Positions 26,446 through 38,133 of a stretch of 64,000 nucleotides of DNA are shown piece after piece. This DNA comes from the human T2T-CHM13v2.0 reference genome, Homo sapiens. The position numbers and the translations under genes were made by a program. The stretch is from the NCBI RefSeq assembly GCF_009914755.1, contig NC_060927.1. One strand, given 5' to 3'. Position 1 is the stretch's first letter. Every line of letters begins with the position of its first letter. The notes beneath the pieces were generated by a model that was given only the letters and a program-made list of their open reading frames with translations, made no database searches and was not told the DNA's origin.

Positions 26446-28599
26446 AACCTTTCTTTCTTAATTCCTTCTCCTAAGTCTATCTAAACTCACATATTCAGCC
26501 CTCTGAAAATTAAATTCACTTATTTCCCCAATATTTGCTTCAATGCCTCTCTTCTGTGCAGGAGTACTACCCTCTTTCTTGAGATAGGGGGCTGCCAACA
26601 CTTGCACCCCAGACACTTGGCATCACCTTCTAGGAGCAAAGCTTTCCCTGCCTTTAAGACAATTGGGAAAGGTGATTCTTACTCTAGAAAACTGGGAGCA
26701 TGCAAAATGAAAAGTAACTTGGAGCAGGATTTTTTTCTTTTTCATGTAGCTAGTCCCTCTCTACCAATGGAACAAAAGACTTTGTCAGATCGTATTCTTG
26801 CCACTTGAAGAATGTTTTTAAGAAAGTCTCTTTGTGCTATCTGCTACATCACACTCTCTCCTATTCAGCTCACCTTTGTTATTGGTCTTAGGACATCCAA
26901 AGGGCATGTTTTGTGTTTTAGATCATAGAAGCTTCCCTTTCTGACAGCTGCCGTGGCATGGGCGTCCAGGGGATGAGCCGACGGCTTTTTGTGGTGTTCT
27001 CACTCTTGATCCAGTTAGTCAGCCAGCCCTCTTGGGAGGAAGTGGAGCTGGCCTCCTCCTGATGATGATCGACTCTCAGTTGTTTGTAATTTTCTCAAAA
27101 AATAAATACTCTGAGGCTACAGTTTCTCAGGATTGGTCTTAACCCCAGAGTGTGTTTTGTTGTTGTTGTTTTTGGAAAGTTTCAAAAACATCTGTTTGGA
27201 AGAGATTATTTCAGTGGAGAACATGTGTGTCAGCAGTTAAATGTTTCAGACCCATTTTCTTTCTTTTTTTGTGTGTGTCCAAATAACCCTTTAAACTGTC
27301 AAGTACCTAGGCCTCAATGAGGTGTCAAATGATTTTGATATTTTTTTCTTGATTTCTCTGCTTTGTCTCAGAAAATGACTAAGGAAAATAAGAAGGATCT
27401 TAGATATATTTTGCATTGCCAAGAAAAATAATAGGCCTTACTGTTGCCTTCACCCAACTTTGAAATTGTACTTTGTTCATTTCACAATGGGACAACGTTA
27501 CACTGCAATTAGGTTCTCCAGCTTAAGCGTTACTTGCCTTTTTTCCCGAAACATTAAAATAAAGTTCTCAGGTAACTGAAATCTCTAGAATTATCTTTCT
27601 AAACCAAACTCACTAGGTAACTTGGTTCAAAAAGTAACTCACTTTCCCCAGATACTAAATAAAATGCATCATTTTATGTATTTATAATTTTATTTATTTA
27701 TTTATAATCATCATCCAGTGACCAAGCCCCCCAACCTTCCCCAAACATAGCCATATTTTTTGGTCATAGTTCTGCTTTTACATGAATGAGACCCCACGCA
27801 TCCTGTTTTGGGGTCCTTAAAATGGTACTTCTTACAACTGTGTTGTGGGGCTTAATGGGTTAACTCCTTTCTCCCTCTCTGGATACCTGCACCTTCTCAC
27901 TCCCTCTCACTCCCAATTCTTTTCTCCTTGTTGTTTTTGAAAGCAGGATGGTGGCTGGCAGCAGCAACAGGATCTGTTTCCATTTTGAACCTTATAAATT
28001 ACCGAGGGTGCAGAAGTAACAGGAATTGTTTGGCTGGTCCTCGTTAAGCAGGAGAGGGTCTGGGCTGAATTTCCTCAGTAAAATATTTGTTGCTGTTACA
28101 ACCCAACACCTCCGTAGCCACCGTGTGTTCAGATAAGAAACAACCCTTCCATTCCTCTTTGTCTGCTTGTCCTCTTTTGCCCTTCATTACTTTATGTTCA
28201 TTTTCTGTCTCCCTACCTCCCTTCTTCCCTTTCTTCCTCCCTCCCTTCCTTCCCTTCTTGGGGCATGGAAGGAACATTTGCTTTCAATTTCCTTAAGGGC
28301 CTGGGGAAATTGGGGCATGACTTGAACAAGCTAGTTCCCTAAAATCCCATAACTGGGAACTCATGCAATGATCTATATAAATACCTTATCTCATTGGGGA
28401 AAAGCAAATTAGAGAATTAAAGCAAGTATCTGGAAAATTGAGAGGAAACCAAAAGCTTACTTTTTGGTGTAAACTTTCCCTCTAGAAATCACTGTTAAAA
28501 TGTCCCACTGTTCTACATCAACTCTGTTTGCTAAACACCCACTGGTTTCAGAGCCCTGATAGGAAAAAAAAAAAAAAAAAAGGGAAAAAGGCTACTATT

Positions 28600-28810
28600 G
28601 TGATTAAAAAGCACAGAGTTTGGGAATCAGCCTAAACTGGGTTTCAATCCAGGCCTACTGTTATGTGATCCTGGGCAACTTCACTTCTGGAACTCAATTT
28701 TCTCTCCTGTAAAATGGGGATATAGTCGTCACCTTGCAGGGTTGATGAGAAGGTTAAAGGAAATACATTGTGTAAGAGCTTAGCGAGTTCCTGGAGTAGT
28801 GGCAGGCACC
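28600..28810 (+). mobile_element. MIR SINE
   Basis: ctgggtttcaatccaggc...tgtgatcctgggcaact...ctcaattttctctcctgtaaaatggggata. Confidence 0.7.
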
Positions 28811-30785
28811 CCCAGCTTTCCACCACCACAGCCCCTCCCAATTGTACTCACATCCTTTGCAGCTTTCATGAATTTTACTTTGCCAATAATATGACCCTTT
28901 GATTTACTGGATTGTTTGAAAAAGAGCAAAAGCTCTCTCTCTACACCAACGGGAAATTATCTTAACTTGCCAGGAAATAACTTTTGAAAAACTTCTTTAA
29001 AAATGTTCTTTCAAATCCCTTTTAGAAAACATCCCCTTGTCCTATCCCAGAGTAGTGCTGAAGTCTTGTGAGTCCTCTGATGTCAAAGTCATGAGGCAAA
29101 GGGAGAAAATACAAACCATCGGGAAAGAACTCTTGGAAAACATTCTGAGCATCCACAGAATGCTAGGGGCTGGGGTCCTCCATCTGGTTTGGAGGGGTGC
29201 TCATTGGGCAGTGTGGATATGGCCCTCCTCACTCCCTCTGCAGCCAGGCAGAAAGCCAAAGGACCACAGGTCTTGGGGAAGGGAAAGGTTTAGGTTAATC
29301 CGAAGCACTTCCCAACACAGCAACAGTCCCCTGTGTCAGGCAAGTCGGGTGTCTCCTGTTTCTTACGGCAGTCTCTGCAGGCAGCCTGAACTCTAGGACT
29401 GGCCAGCACAACACATCTCTCAGTTGAGAAGCTTAACTACTTCTGAGTTTTAAATGGTGACTGTAAATCTTCGAGAGAGTCTCTGGTTAGGTAGATTGAT
29501 CTAGAAGAGTTAACATTTTGAATGTATGTCACACTCCTAGAAATATACTATTAATATTGCCACAGGTGAATGATCCACCGTGCAGATCACTGGAATGTTG
29601 CCTTCAACGTTATCCGAACTCATTTCAATGCCTCCCTGCCTAATAAGGCTGTTGATACCCCATCCTTATTTGTTAATGTTCTATAAACCCATCAGTGAAA
29701 AGCACAGAAGCAAAATCTTTGTTTTGGCTGTGACAGAAGTGTGTGTGTGTGTTAGAATATACACTTGCCCATGTGATTTTGATAAATCTTGTAAGGACCA
29801 TAGCTTAAGAAAGGCATAAAAAATTGTGCCTTCTGGAACAGGAGATGCTACTGTTCTAGGCAGAGAGGGTGACTGATAGCTGAGGTGTGTTGTCAGATGG
29901 CTGGAGGTGCAGTGTGGTCTGAGCCTCAAAGCAATGTTGTTCTGGGTGGAGATACAACTTGGGTAATCAAGAGTGTAGATTTTGTAGAGACGGAAAAGTT
30001 CAAAATTTTCTAGCACCGGGAGCAGAGAGAAGTGGGAGCTAGTGAGTGAAGCGAAAACAAGGCTCTGTGCCCTGAGAAAGTGAGGGGTCTTGGCTGGCTT
30101 ATGACTTTGGGCTGTGTTTGTACCTGTGGGAGTAGATGTTATGGACAAGCTGAGGAGAGCAGGGTGATTGCAGGAATAAAAGGGAGTTTTCAGGGATCTA
30201 GGCATAGAGCTGGGGTGAGGAAAATCAGAGCAGGAAATATTTCATGAGTCACTGAGATGCTAGGATTCATTCACTTAGTAGCATTCCCTGCAAGGGCGTT
30301 CTGTATGCATCACACACACGGCACTGCTGTCCCACAATAGTCTGCACTAACCACATGGCAGGGCACATGGCTGTGACCAGCTGGCCTTTTGCAAGCAAAT
30401 GGTAAGAATAATCTCATCTGTTCTAGCATCTGTGCCAGATAGTCACTGTCCTGTGCCATGGATATGGCTGCAGGCCTCAGCCTCTCTGTATCCTCTGCCC
30501 CTCCTCCTCGTTGCTGTCCATCCACTGGGCAAGACTCCAGCATTCTTACTACAATAAAATCACCTTCTAGCTAGAGAAAGAGCCCTAGGGGGCAACTTAT
30601 AAGAAGCTTCTTTTAGATGAGAAATGGCACTATAGTGTTCTTTGGTCTTCCAGCAGCATGACCGGGTCTCTAGTTTGAATGTTGCCAACAGGGAACAAGG
30701 GACAAAGCCAAGCCCTGTGGCCACCACAGGTGCACCCCAGGCATCCTCATCATGGCCATTGCTCTCCCTTTCTCTCTTACAACAG

Positions 30786-30866
30786 AGTGTTGCCAGGGAC
30801 GGCAGTATCTCTTTGTGTGACCCTGGCGGCTTATGGGACGTTGGCTTCAGACCTTTGTGATACACC
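30786..30866 (+). other. BOC: 5' UTR portion (81 nt) of the BOC start-codon exon
   Basis: Polypyrimidine tract plus acceptor ctctccctttctctcttacaacag| ending at 30785, followed 81 nt later by acaccATG at 30867. Confidence 0.85.
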
Positions 30867-30963
30867 ATGCTGCGTGGGACGATGACGGCGTGGAGAGGAA
30901 TGAGGCCTGAGGTCACACTGGCTTGCCTCCTCCTAGCCACAGCAGGCTGCTTTGCTGACTTGA
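30867..30963 (+). CDS. BOC: BOC coding exon 1: signal peptide MLRGTMTAWRGMRPEVTLACLLLATAGCFADL
   Basis: ATG at 30867 with A at -3; hydrophobic signal-peptide core; donor A|gtgagt; 97 nt, phase 1, joins the next exon as AAC (Asn). Matches the BOC N-terminus as I recall it. Too short to appear in the ORF track. Confidence 0.93.
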
Positions 30964-31194
30964 GTGAGTGCTTTCCTTCCCTTTCCCTGCCCTTACAGTC
31001 AAATGGAAACATTCCGCATTCTACAATAACTCTTTAAAAAGGCCTTCTTTACCTGGATTTCAAAGAACACTTTATTCCCATTGGCCTTCAGGGACACAAG
31101 AACACAAGATGAGACATGATCACAACAACATCATATTGGTTATAGTTTGGTATTTGACTCATTTCAAAGCTATACCGGAGGAGGAGGAGAAGTA

Positions 31195-31420
31195 ATAATA
31201 ATAACTGCTTTTTATTGTGCACTTACTGTACAGTGTCACGGCAGGCAATTTACACATATCGTTTGCAAGACTCATGACAACCTTGTGAGACAATCAATAT
31301 TAGCTTCATTTTACAGGTAAGAAACGGACACTTCACAAGGCTAGAGTCACATGGCTCAGAAGTAGTGGCACTGGGATGAGACTCAGGTCTGTCCAAATGC
31401 AAAGCCCAAGCTCTTGCCTT
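31195..31420 (-). mobile_element. MIR SINE between coding exons 1 and 2
   Basis: aataataactgctttttattgtgcacttact...acaaccttgtgag...attttacaggtaagaaacgga...agtagtggcactgggatgagactcaggtctgtc. Confidence 0.7.
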
Positions 31421-31618
31421 TACAATACATTCTCACTCCACATCTACTCTCTGGGAACAAAGGCAGGTTGGGAAATGGACAAGAGCAGTAGAGTCGGAGA
31501 AAGACCAGCTTCTCTGGTGGCCACTTCTGGAAGACTTCCTGGGTGCAGTGCTTCTAAAAACGTGATGTTGTTTTCTTGGGGGCATCAGTTCATTGCTGCA
31601 TCCCTGTTCTTCCTCCAG

Positions 31619-31897
31619 ACGAGGTCCCTCAGGTCACCGTCCAGCCTGCGTCCACCGTCCAGAAGCCCGGAGGCACTGTGATCTTGGGCTGCGTGGTGGA
31701 ACCTCCAAGGATGAATGTAACCTGGCGCCTGAATGGAAAGGAGCTGAATGGCTCGGATGATGCTCTGGGTGTCCTCATCACCCACGGGACCCTCGTCATC
31801 ACTGCCCTTAACAACCACACTGTGGGACGGTACCAGTGTGTGGCCCGGATGCCTGCGGGGGCTGTGGCCAGCGTGCCAGCCACTGTGACACTAGCCA
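31619..31897 (+). CDS. BOC: BOC coding exon 2: Ig domain 1 (EVPQVTVQP...GRYQCVARM...TVTLA)
   Basis: Acceptor ttcttcctccag|, donor A|gtgagt, 279 nt, phase 1-1; Ig signature C...W...YQC within ORF 31576..31995. Confidence 0.97.
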
Positions 31898-33418
31898 GTG
31901 AGTCTGCTCCTTTGCCTCCCTGCCATGGTGCGGTCCCTCCTCATCTCTCCCACCCTGAAGCCCCCACCATTCATGCTGCCTCTTGTTACTCTTAGCATAA
32001 AATGGGCCTTAACTGCAGAAATGTCAAATCAGAACAGTAGCTGCCTAGTAATGCCCAGTGATGGGGGACCCTTGTGCCCTTGGAAAACCTCACTCCAAGT
32101 AGAGGCTGTATCTGGAGTGAGTGTCTACAGAGAGGGGAATTGGTCAGTGCATGGCAGAACTTGACATGGCAGAACTGTTCCGTGGGCCCCAGAGCAGGGC
32201 CGTGCCGTGCCTTCCTACTTGGTCATCCTGTGGCTGTAGGTGCACTGTCCCAACTGCTCACACACCTTCCAGTCCCCTCCCTCCATTCTCACCACAGTTA
32301 CAGTCGGAGCAGGGAGAGACAGGACACCAAGAGACATGGGCAGGGCCACGTGTAGTCTGGACAGAGCCCACCCAGCCCAGACTTGGCCTCCTGTCTCTCT
32401 GTGAGGGGCAAGCATAGTCCGAAGGCCTGGATTATAAATATTAGAACATAATGAAAAGGAAACTGTGTGGCAAAGGGATAAAGGGATACAGAGAAAAGAA
32501 ACAAGGAAGAGATGAGGTGACAGTTTGGACCAAGGAAAATGCCAAGAGAAGACTTCACACTACCTTTTTTTTTTCTGGTTTTGCCATTCTTTTATTCATG
32601 TTGTTACACTCAGTATAGGATAGTTTATTAAAATCATTATGTCTGTAGACATTCTATTTGTGATATAGAAATTGTGTTATTTCTGACCTCTATTTTTTCC
32701 TATTATGTGACAAAGAACATAGGTCCTCAGACCAACATGTGGAAACCAAGGGCCAAATGGCTTCTAAGGTCCCTCCCAACTGAATAATTCTGGTAAATTC
32801 CATTTCCATGTGCTCACTGACGGATGGTCCTAATAACCGCTCTTATTTCTTTTATGCTTGTGAAAGTCATAGTTTTTACAAAATTACTTGAGGGTGTATT
32901 ATAAAGATTCAACAGAGCAAAGTAAAGGCCAAGTGACTTGACATAGTCATAGCTGGAAGAGGAGCCTTACCAAGACAGGTGTTTCTAGTTGCCATTATAC
33001 TTATTCTACCTTATGAGGACCCATTGTATGAGGCTAGATGGAAGTGAGTAAACAGACGTCCTACCTTTGCATGTGACTGCCACTTGGTGTGCTGTGTCCC
33101 AGGCGCAACACATACACTATCTGATTTTCTACTCATTGTATGTATGGGCACGTGAGACTTGATGGATTCAATACACCACTGAAGGCTGGAGAGCACCCCT
33201 GACAGCCATTCTTATATGCTGAGCCTGTGGCCAGGAAGCTTAAAGAACTGCCTCCAATTTGGCCCCTTTCCTGGCGCCTGAGGTGTAGAAAATAGGGAAA
33301 CTTGTTGAGACTTTAATGGTATGTGGATTTAAACTTTGAGAAGATTTCCAGGGCTTGTTCCCTCATGACTCAGCAGCACCCCGTTATCCCTGAAAGCCCT
33401 GCTTTGGGCATCCATGTC

Positions 33419-33440
33419 ACCATCATCATCATCATCATCA
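33419..33440. repeat. (CAT)n trinucleotide repeat
   Basis: catcatcatcatcatcatca. Confidence 0.9.
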
Positions 33441-34343
33441 CCCTTGTGGATGACGTGCTTCCAGGAGGTTGGCGGTGCTACATCATGGGGCTTACCTAAG
33501 GCAGCGAACTTTTGAAATGCCCCTCTATCCAAGAAAGCTGGGGTCCTTGGGGTGGGTGAAGCTTGAGTCCTGGGAGGAGAGTAGGGAGGGATGGAGAAGC
33601 AGTAACAGAATGGAGGAAAGCCCCTACGTGCCCTCCAGTCCCCAGATCCCTGGAGGAGCTTCACTCTGTGGGTCAGTGGAATGGAGGCTGCCAGGATTCC
33701 TCTTTTCTTGGGACAGTCAAGCAAGGCCTGCCCTTTTCTCAGAGGGAAGGCAGAGTGTGTCCTCAGCTGTCTCCCTGAGGAGCCAGGCTGACACTGGGCT
33801 GCATCTTGGAGCCCCCCTCACAGTGGAGCCACTCCTCTTTGTGGCAGAAGGGTCACCCATGGAATCTGAGTGCCTGGCCTCGGGGAGCAGCCTGTGAGTG
33901 CTCAGGGAGGGAGGCAGGCCGTGGGTGGCTAGAGGGCCCTCCCTTCCAGCTGTGCTTGTTGGGCGGGGGCTGCTATGAGGCTTGGGTGTTGAAGGTAGAG
34001 GGTGCAGAGGGGTCATCTCATCACGTCAAGAAGGGCTGAGGTCAGAACTACGTTTCCTATCATTGTACAGTTCCCACCTCCACTTTGATATTTCCACATT
34101 ATAATTGCATTATAGAATGTTTAGGATATATATAAAATAATCTCTCATAAGCCTGCTATCTTCATATAACCACCACCATCATTTTGGAGTATACCCTTCC
34201 AGTCTTTATCCCTGCTCATATTTTTAAGTTGTAATGATACAACAAATATACAAGTTCTTTTCTCTCTCTTGATGTTGTATGATAAGCATTCTCCATTGGC
34301 CATATGACCATGTTAACTTTTTTATTGAGTATAAAATGCATAC

Positions 34344-34636
34344 CAGGTCTGGCACATAGAGATCAGAGATAATTATTACAATATGGCTTACACCTGTAAT
34401 CCCAGCACTTTGGGAGTCTGAAGCAGGAGGATCATTTGAGGTTGGGATTTTGAGACCAGCCTAGGAACAAAAATTTTTTTTAAAAAAATAGCCAGGCGTG
34501 GTGGCGTGCACTTGTATTGCTAGCTGTCTCGGAGGCGGGAGGACTGCTTGAGCCCAGGAGGCAAGGCTGGGGTGAGCCAGTCTCTTACAAATGAGATGTG
34601 GCTTTTTTGGAGACCCTGTCTCCAAAAAACAAATAA
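34344..34636 (+). mobile_element. AluJ-like element with two non-Alu patches, inserted in an old L1ME-like fragment
   Basis: cacctgtaatcccagcactttggga...gcttgagcccaggag...gagaccctgtctc; target-site duplication ataaaatgcatac at 34331-34343 and 34637-34649. Confidence 0.8.
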
Positions 34637-36944
34637 ATAAAATGCATACAGTAAAGTACACAAAGTGTACTAATCTTAAGTGAACAACTGATAACATTTT
34701 TCATGTACATCCACCCATGTAACCATCCCCAATGTCCCCTCATGCCCCTTCCTAGTTAGTCCACCCTCCCAGCCCCCACCAGTACTTATGATCGTAATTA
34801 CTAGTGGTCCTAGAACATCTACCTTCTACCCTTTTCCTGTTGCTGGACAATTAGGGCCTTTCCAGTTGTTGATTATTGCAAATGAGATGCGCCTTTTAGC
34901 AATGCGTGTGCCCTTAAAGAGCAGCACTGCTCATTCAACAGGGAGGTTTCATCTGCAAATGGGCAGCACAAGTCTGTAGAGACTCAAGACCATAACCATT
35001 CATTTGGCCTAATTAGGAGCCAGGCTGAACCTTTTATTGTTTGGGAAAGGGAGAGTTGGAGAGTGGAAGATTTATCTTGGAGCCTTCCTTCTGCTTCAAG
35101 GTGTATCTGTGTGAGGAGAGACAATTTATTAGCCTTCATTTTAAAAATATTCCTGGCTGCTTCTTCCTCTGGTGCTTGAGGGGATCTGTGGTTGGCAGAA
35201 AGGACAAAGGGAAGTGTTTGGTTGCAACCCAAGAAGGCACAGTAAGAGAAGAAGGGGCTTGTGCAGAAGCCGAGCTGGGCTTATTTGAAAGCCAAGAACT
35301 ATTGGCTTGTCATTTAGACATGAATCAGAAGGCAAAATGTTTGGGCCTGACTAGAAAGAAGAAGTGCTGAAAGTTGAGAGAGCAGGCATGGGGGGCTGTG
35401 TCATGAAAAAGAGGGAGTTGGTGGAGTGGAACTGCAAAGCTTGGAGGAGGCAGCAACGAGGTGGCGGGAAGGTGGGTGGGGGCAAGTGAAAGGGGTGCTG
35501 TCTTTGGGTTAATGCCATTAGGGGATCTGGCCCAGACGCAGCAGTAGATTAAGTTTCTGAAAGCACATTCCTGAGCAGAATAGGGGCTGTGTTTTGCTGG
35601 TTGGCTGATGTATGAGGGAGGCCAAGTGGTAGACGGGATTACCGAAGGCACGGTCTGCATTTAGAGGAAAGACTGGGCAGCGGCGTGCCGGTGCACACGC
35701 ATGCACACCCACACACACTCAGCATGGTAGGCTTCCTTTTCCTCTGGCCTCTTCTCCACGCTGTCCCATGTTCATCCTCGCACAAAGCAGTTGCTGTCTG
35801 GCCTACCTGGCAAGATGCCACCTCCTGCATCCACCCTTTAGAAGGGTCATGGGGCTATAGGTCATGGGGCTTAGGACCAGGCTTGAGGATTCAGGGGTGG
35901 AGGGGAGGCCTCTAGCAGAATAATTTTCTGGTCCAGTGTTGGAAGCTGGAGGGTCCACTTGTACTTCACCCTGACCAGGTGACATCATCTTTTGATTTTC
36001 GGTAAAATGGAGCCAGAGGTCAAATCAACTGAAGAGTCTCACCTGCACTCTCTCCCTCCCTCCACCCCAGGTTGTCCTGGCCATGTGGGTAATGGCTGCT
36101 GCATGCTCTGTGGAGGTGCCCATCTCGCTGTCCTCTGAAGAGTTTTTTATTTCCTATTTAACCTAAACTTTAAAAAAAAAAGAAAAACTTTCTTGCTGCC
36201 AATGCCCTGCTTCAGATCATCTTGTCTAATTCTTGGTTTTTGAAATGCTTTTAACTTTGAACTCCTTCCTTTCACTTCCCTTTCCCTTTTCACAAGCCTC
36301 ACACCAGGCAGCCAACCGCTCTACACAGCTCAGCTGTTCCCAGTCTGCTCCTGAACCAACAGCAGACCCTGCCAGGGAGCACTCCACTCCTTCTTACTGG
36401 ACCCTGAGTTCCACCTCAGGCCTGTTCTCAACACAGTATGGCAAGGAGTCACAACCGACTCATCAGAGCTGGCAGTGGAAAAGCTGTTCTCAATCCCTTA
36501 CCTCTAACAGTCAACCATTAATAATTGTTTATTTTTAACTTTTAAGATTTTTTGATAATTTTATTCTCCCAATTCTCCCATCATCCCTAGGTCCCACTGG
36601 TAGCTGGAAATAAAACAGGTGGTAACCAGGTAGCTACCTATAATTCTAAACTTGGGAATTTTAGTCCTCAAGTTAATGTGAAGTCTTAAGCTGCAGCCGG
36701 TATAATTGAGAACAGATCGGTCACCGCTCCTTAAGGCCTCCTAGCGCCAAGGCCAGGCATATACTCCTGAATGGTCCTGTCTCTGGCATCAGAGATCAGC
36801 AGGCAAGGTGGCTGACAAGAAAGGAAGGAGTCCCCCTCGCCACTCAACCTCATGAATCTCTGACTTTGAGAAAATGTCCAAAGTGACCAGGGGCCCTTTG
36901 TTACCATAATTTAATTTAACCCATGAATAAAATGAAGGGCCAAA

Positions 36945-37160
36945 CTGGTATAATGGAAAAAACAAGAAGCTAAAAAAAATTTTTAAATTCTGGGTTTAAG
37001 CCTTAGCTCTGCCATTTAAGTGTTCCATGACTTTGAGCAAATCACTTGGTCTTTAGACTGACTGCCACAGCTGTGAAATGAACACAGTAATTACATCACC
37101 AGTCTCATGGGTTTTTTGAGGATAAATGGGAGAATGTATAATATTAGTATTTGAGAGCAT
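36945..37160 (+). mobile_element. MIR fragment
   Basis: ctgggtttaagccttagctctgccattt...tgactttgagcaaatcactt...ctgtgaaatg. Confidence 0.6.
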
Positions 37161-37776
37161 TTTAGAAATCCCAGGCTTTATTTGTTCGCCCATGTGGTTG
37201 TCAAACATTTCTGGAGTGTCTCCTTTCTGGAGGCTCTAAAGCCCGTGTCCAGCCCTGTACTGCCCAGTTCCATTCTGGGAGTGACCCTTAGGAAGACAGT
37301 CCAGAGGGTGGCAGAGCTTCCAGTCATAACCAGAACCAATAGAGGGCTGGCTTCTTATAAAGAGAGAACTAACCCATTCCTGTGACTTTCTTAGTTCCTT
37401 ATATACATGTGCTCTCTAACTCAGATTCCCACCCCAGCCGCCTTCAGGAGCAGCCACGGTGTCATGGTGCATTGTCAGTGTAGCCCGCAGAGCTGCTCAC
37501 TGATGCTCCTGTGGGTTCACTGCTGCCCACTCAACTGCTGCCGTATACAGACAGCTGTTGTTTTGCACTGACAGGCTGGGCTGACCCTGGCCTTCAGCAT
37601 GGTGAATCTTACAAACAGAAGCTATGTCTCTTTGCTCAGCTCCCCTAACCGCTAATTCCCATCACACACTTCACTAAGGTCACCTAGGTTCTGACTGTGA
37701 ACTAGAATAGTCCATAGTCCATTAAGGACCATTGTAGCGATTTCTTTCTTAAAATATTTCTAGCTTCCTTTATCTC

Positions 37777-38133
37777 TGTATTAGGGTTCTCCAGAGAAGC
37801 AGAACCAATAATACATATATGTGTGTGTGTGTGTATATATATATGTATAATATATTTAATTTTGTATATGTATAATTATATATTATACAAAGATTTATTT
37901 TAAAGAGTTAGCTCATGCAGGCTGTAGATTCAGGTAAGAATTGATATTGCAGTCTTAGGGTAAAAGCAGGAAACTCAGGCATATTTTCTGTGTTGTGTTC
38001 TTCTCTGGAAAACATGTCTTTGCTATTAATACCCTCAATGATCAAATGAGGCCTATCCCCACTAGGGAGGGTAATTATTTTCTCAAAGTAAAAGATTGTC
38101 TAGCAAAGTTGACACATGAAATTAACCATCACA
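37777..38133 (-). mobile_element. MLT2-type (ERVL) solo LTR
   Basis: Starts tgtattagggttctccagagaagcagaaccaata and ends aagttgacacatgaaattaaccatcaca (TG...CA termini). Confidence 0.8.
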
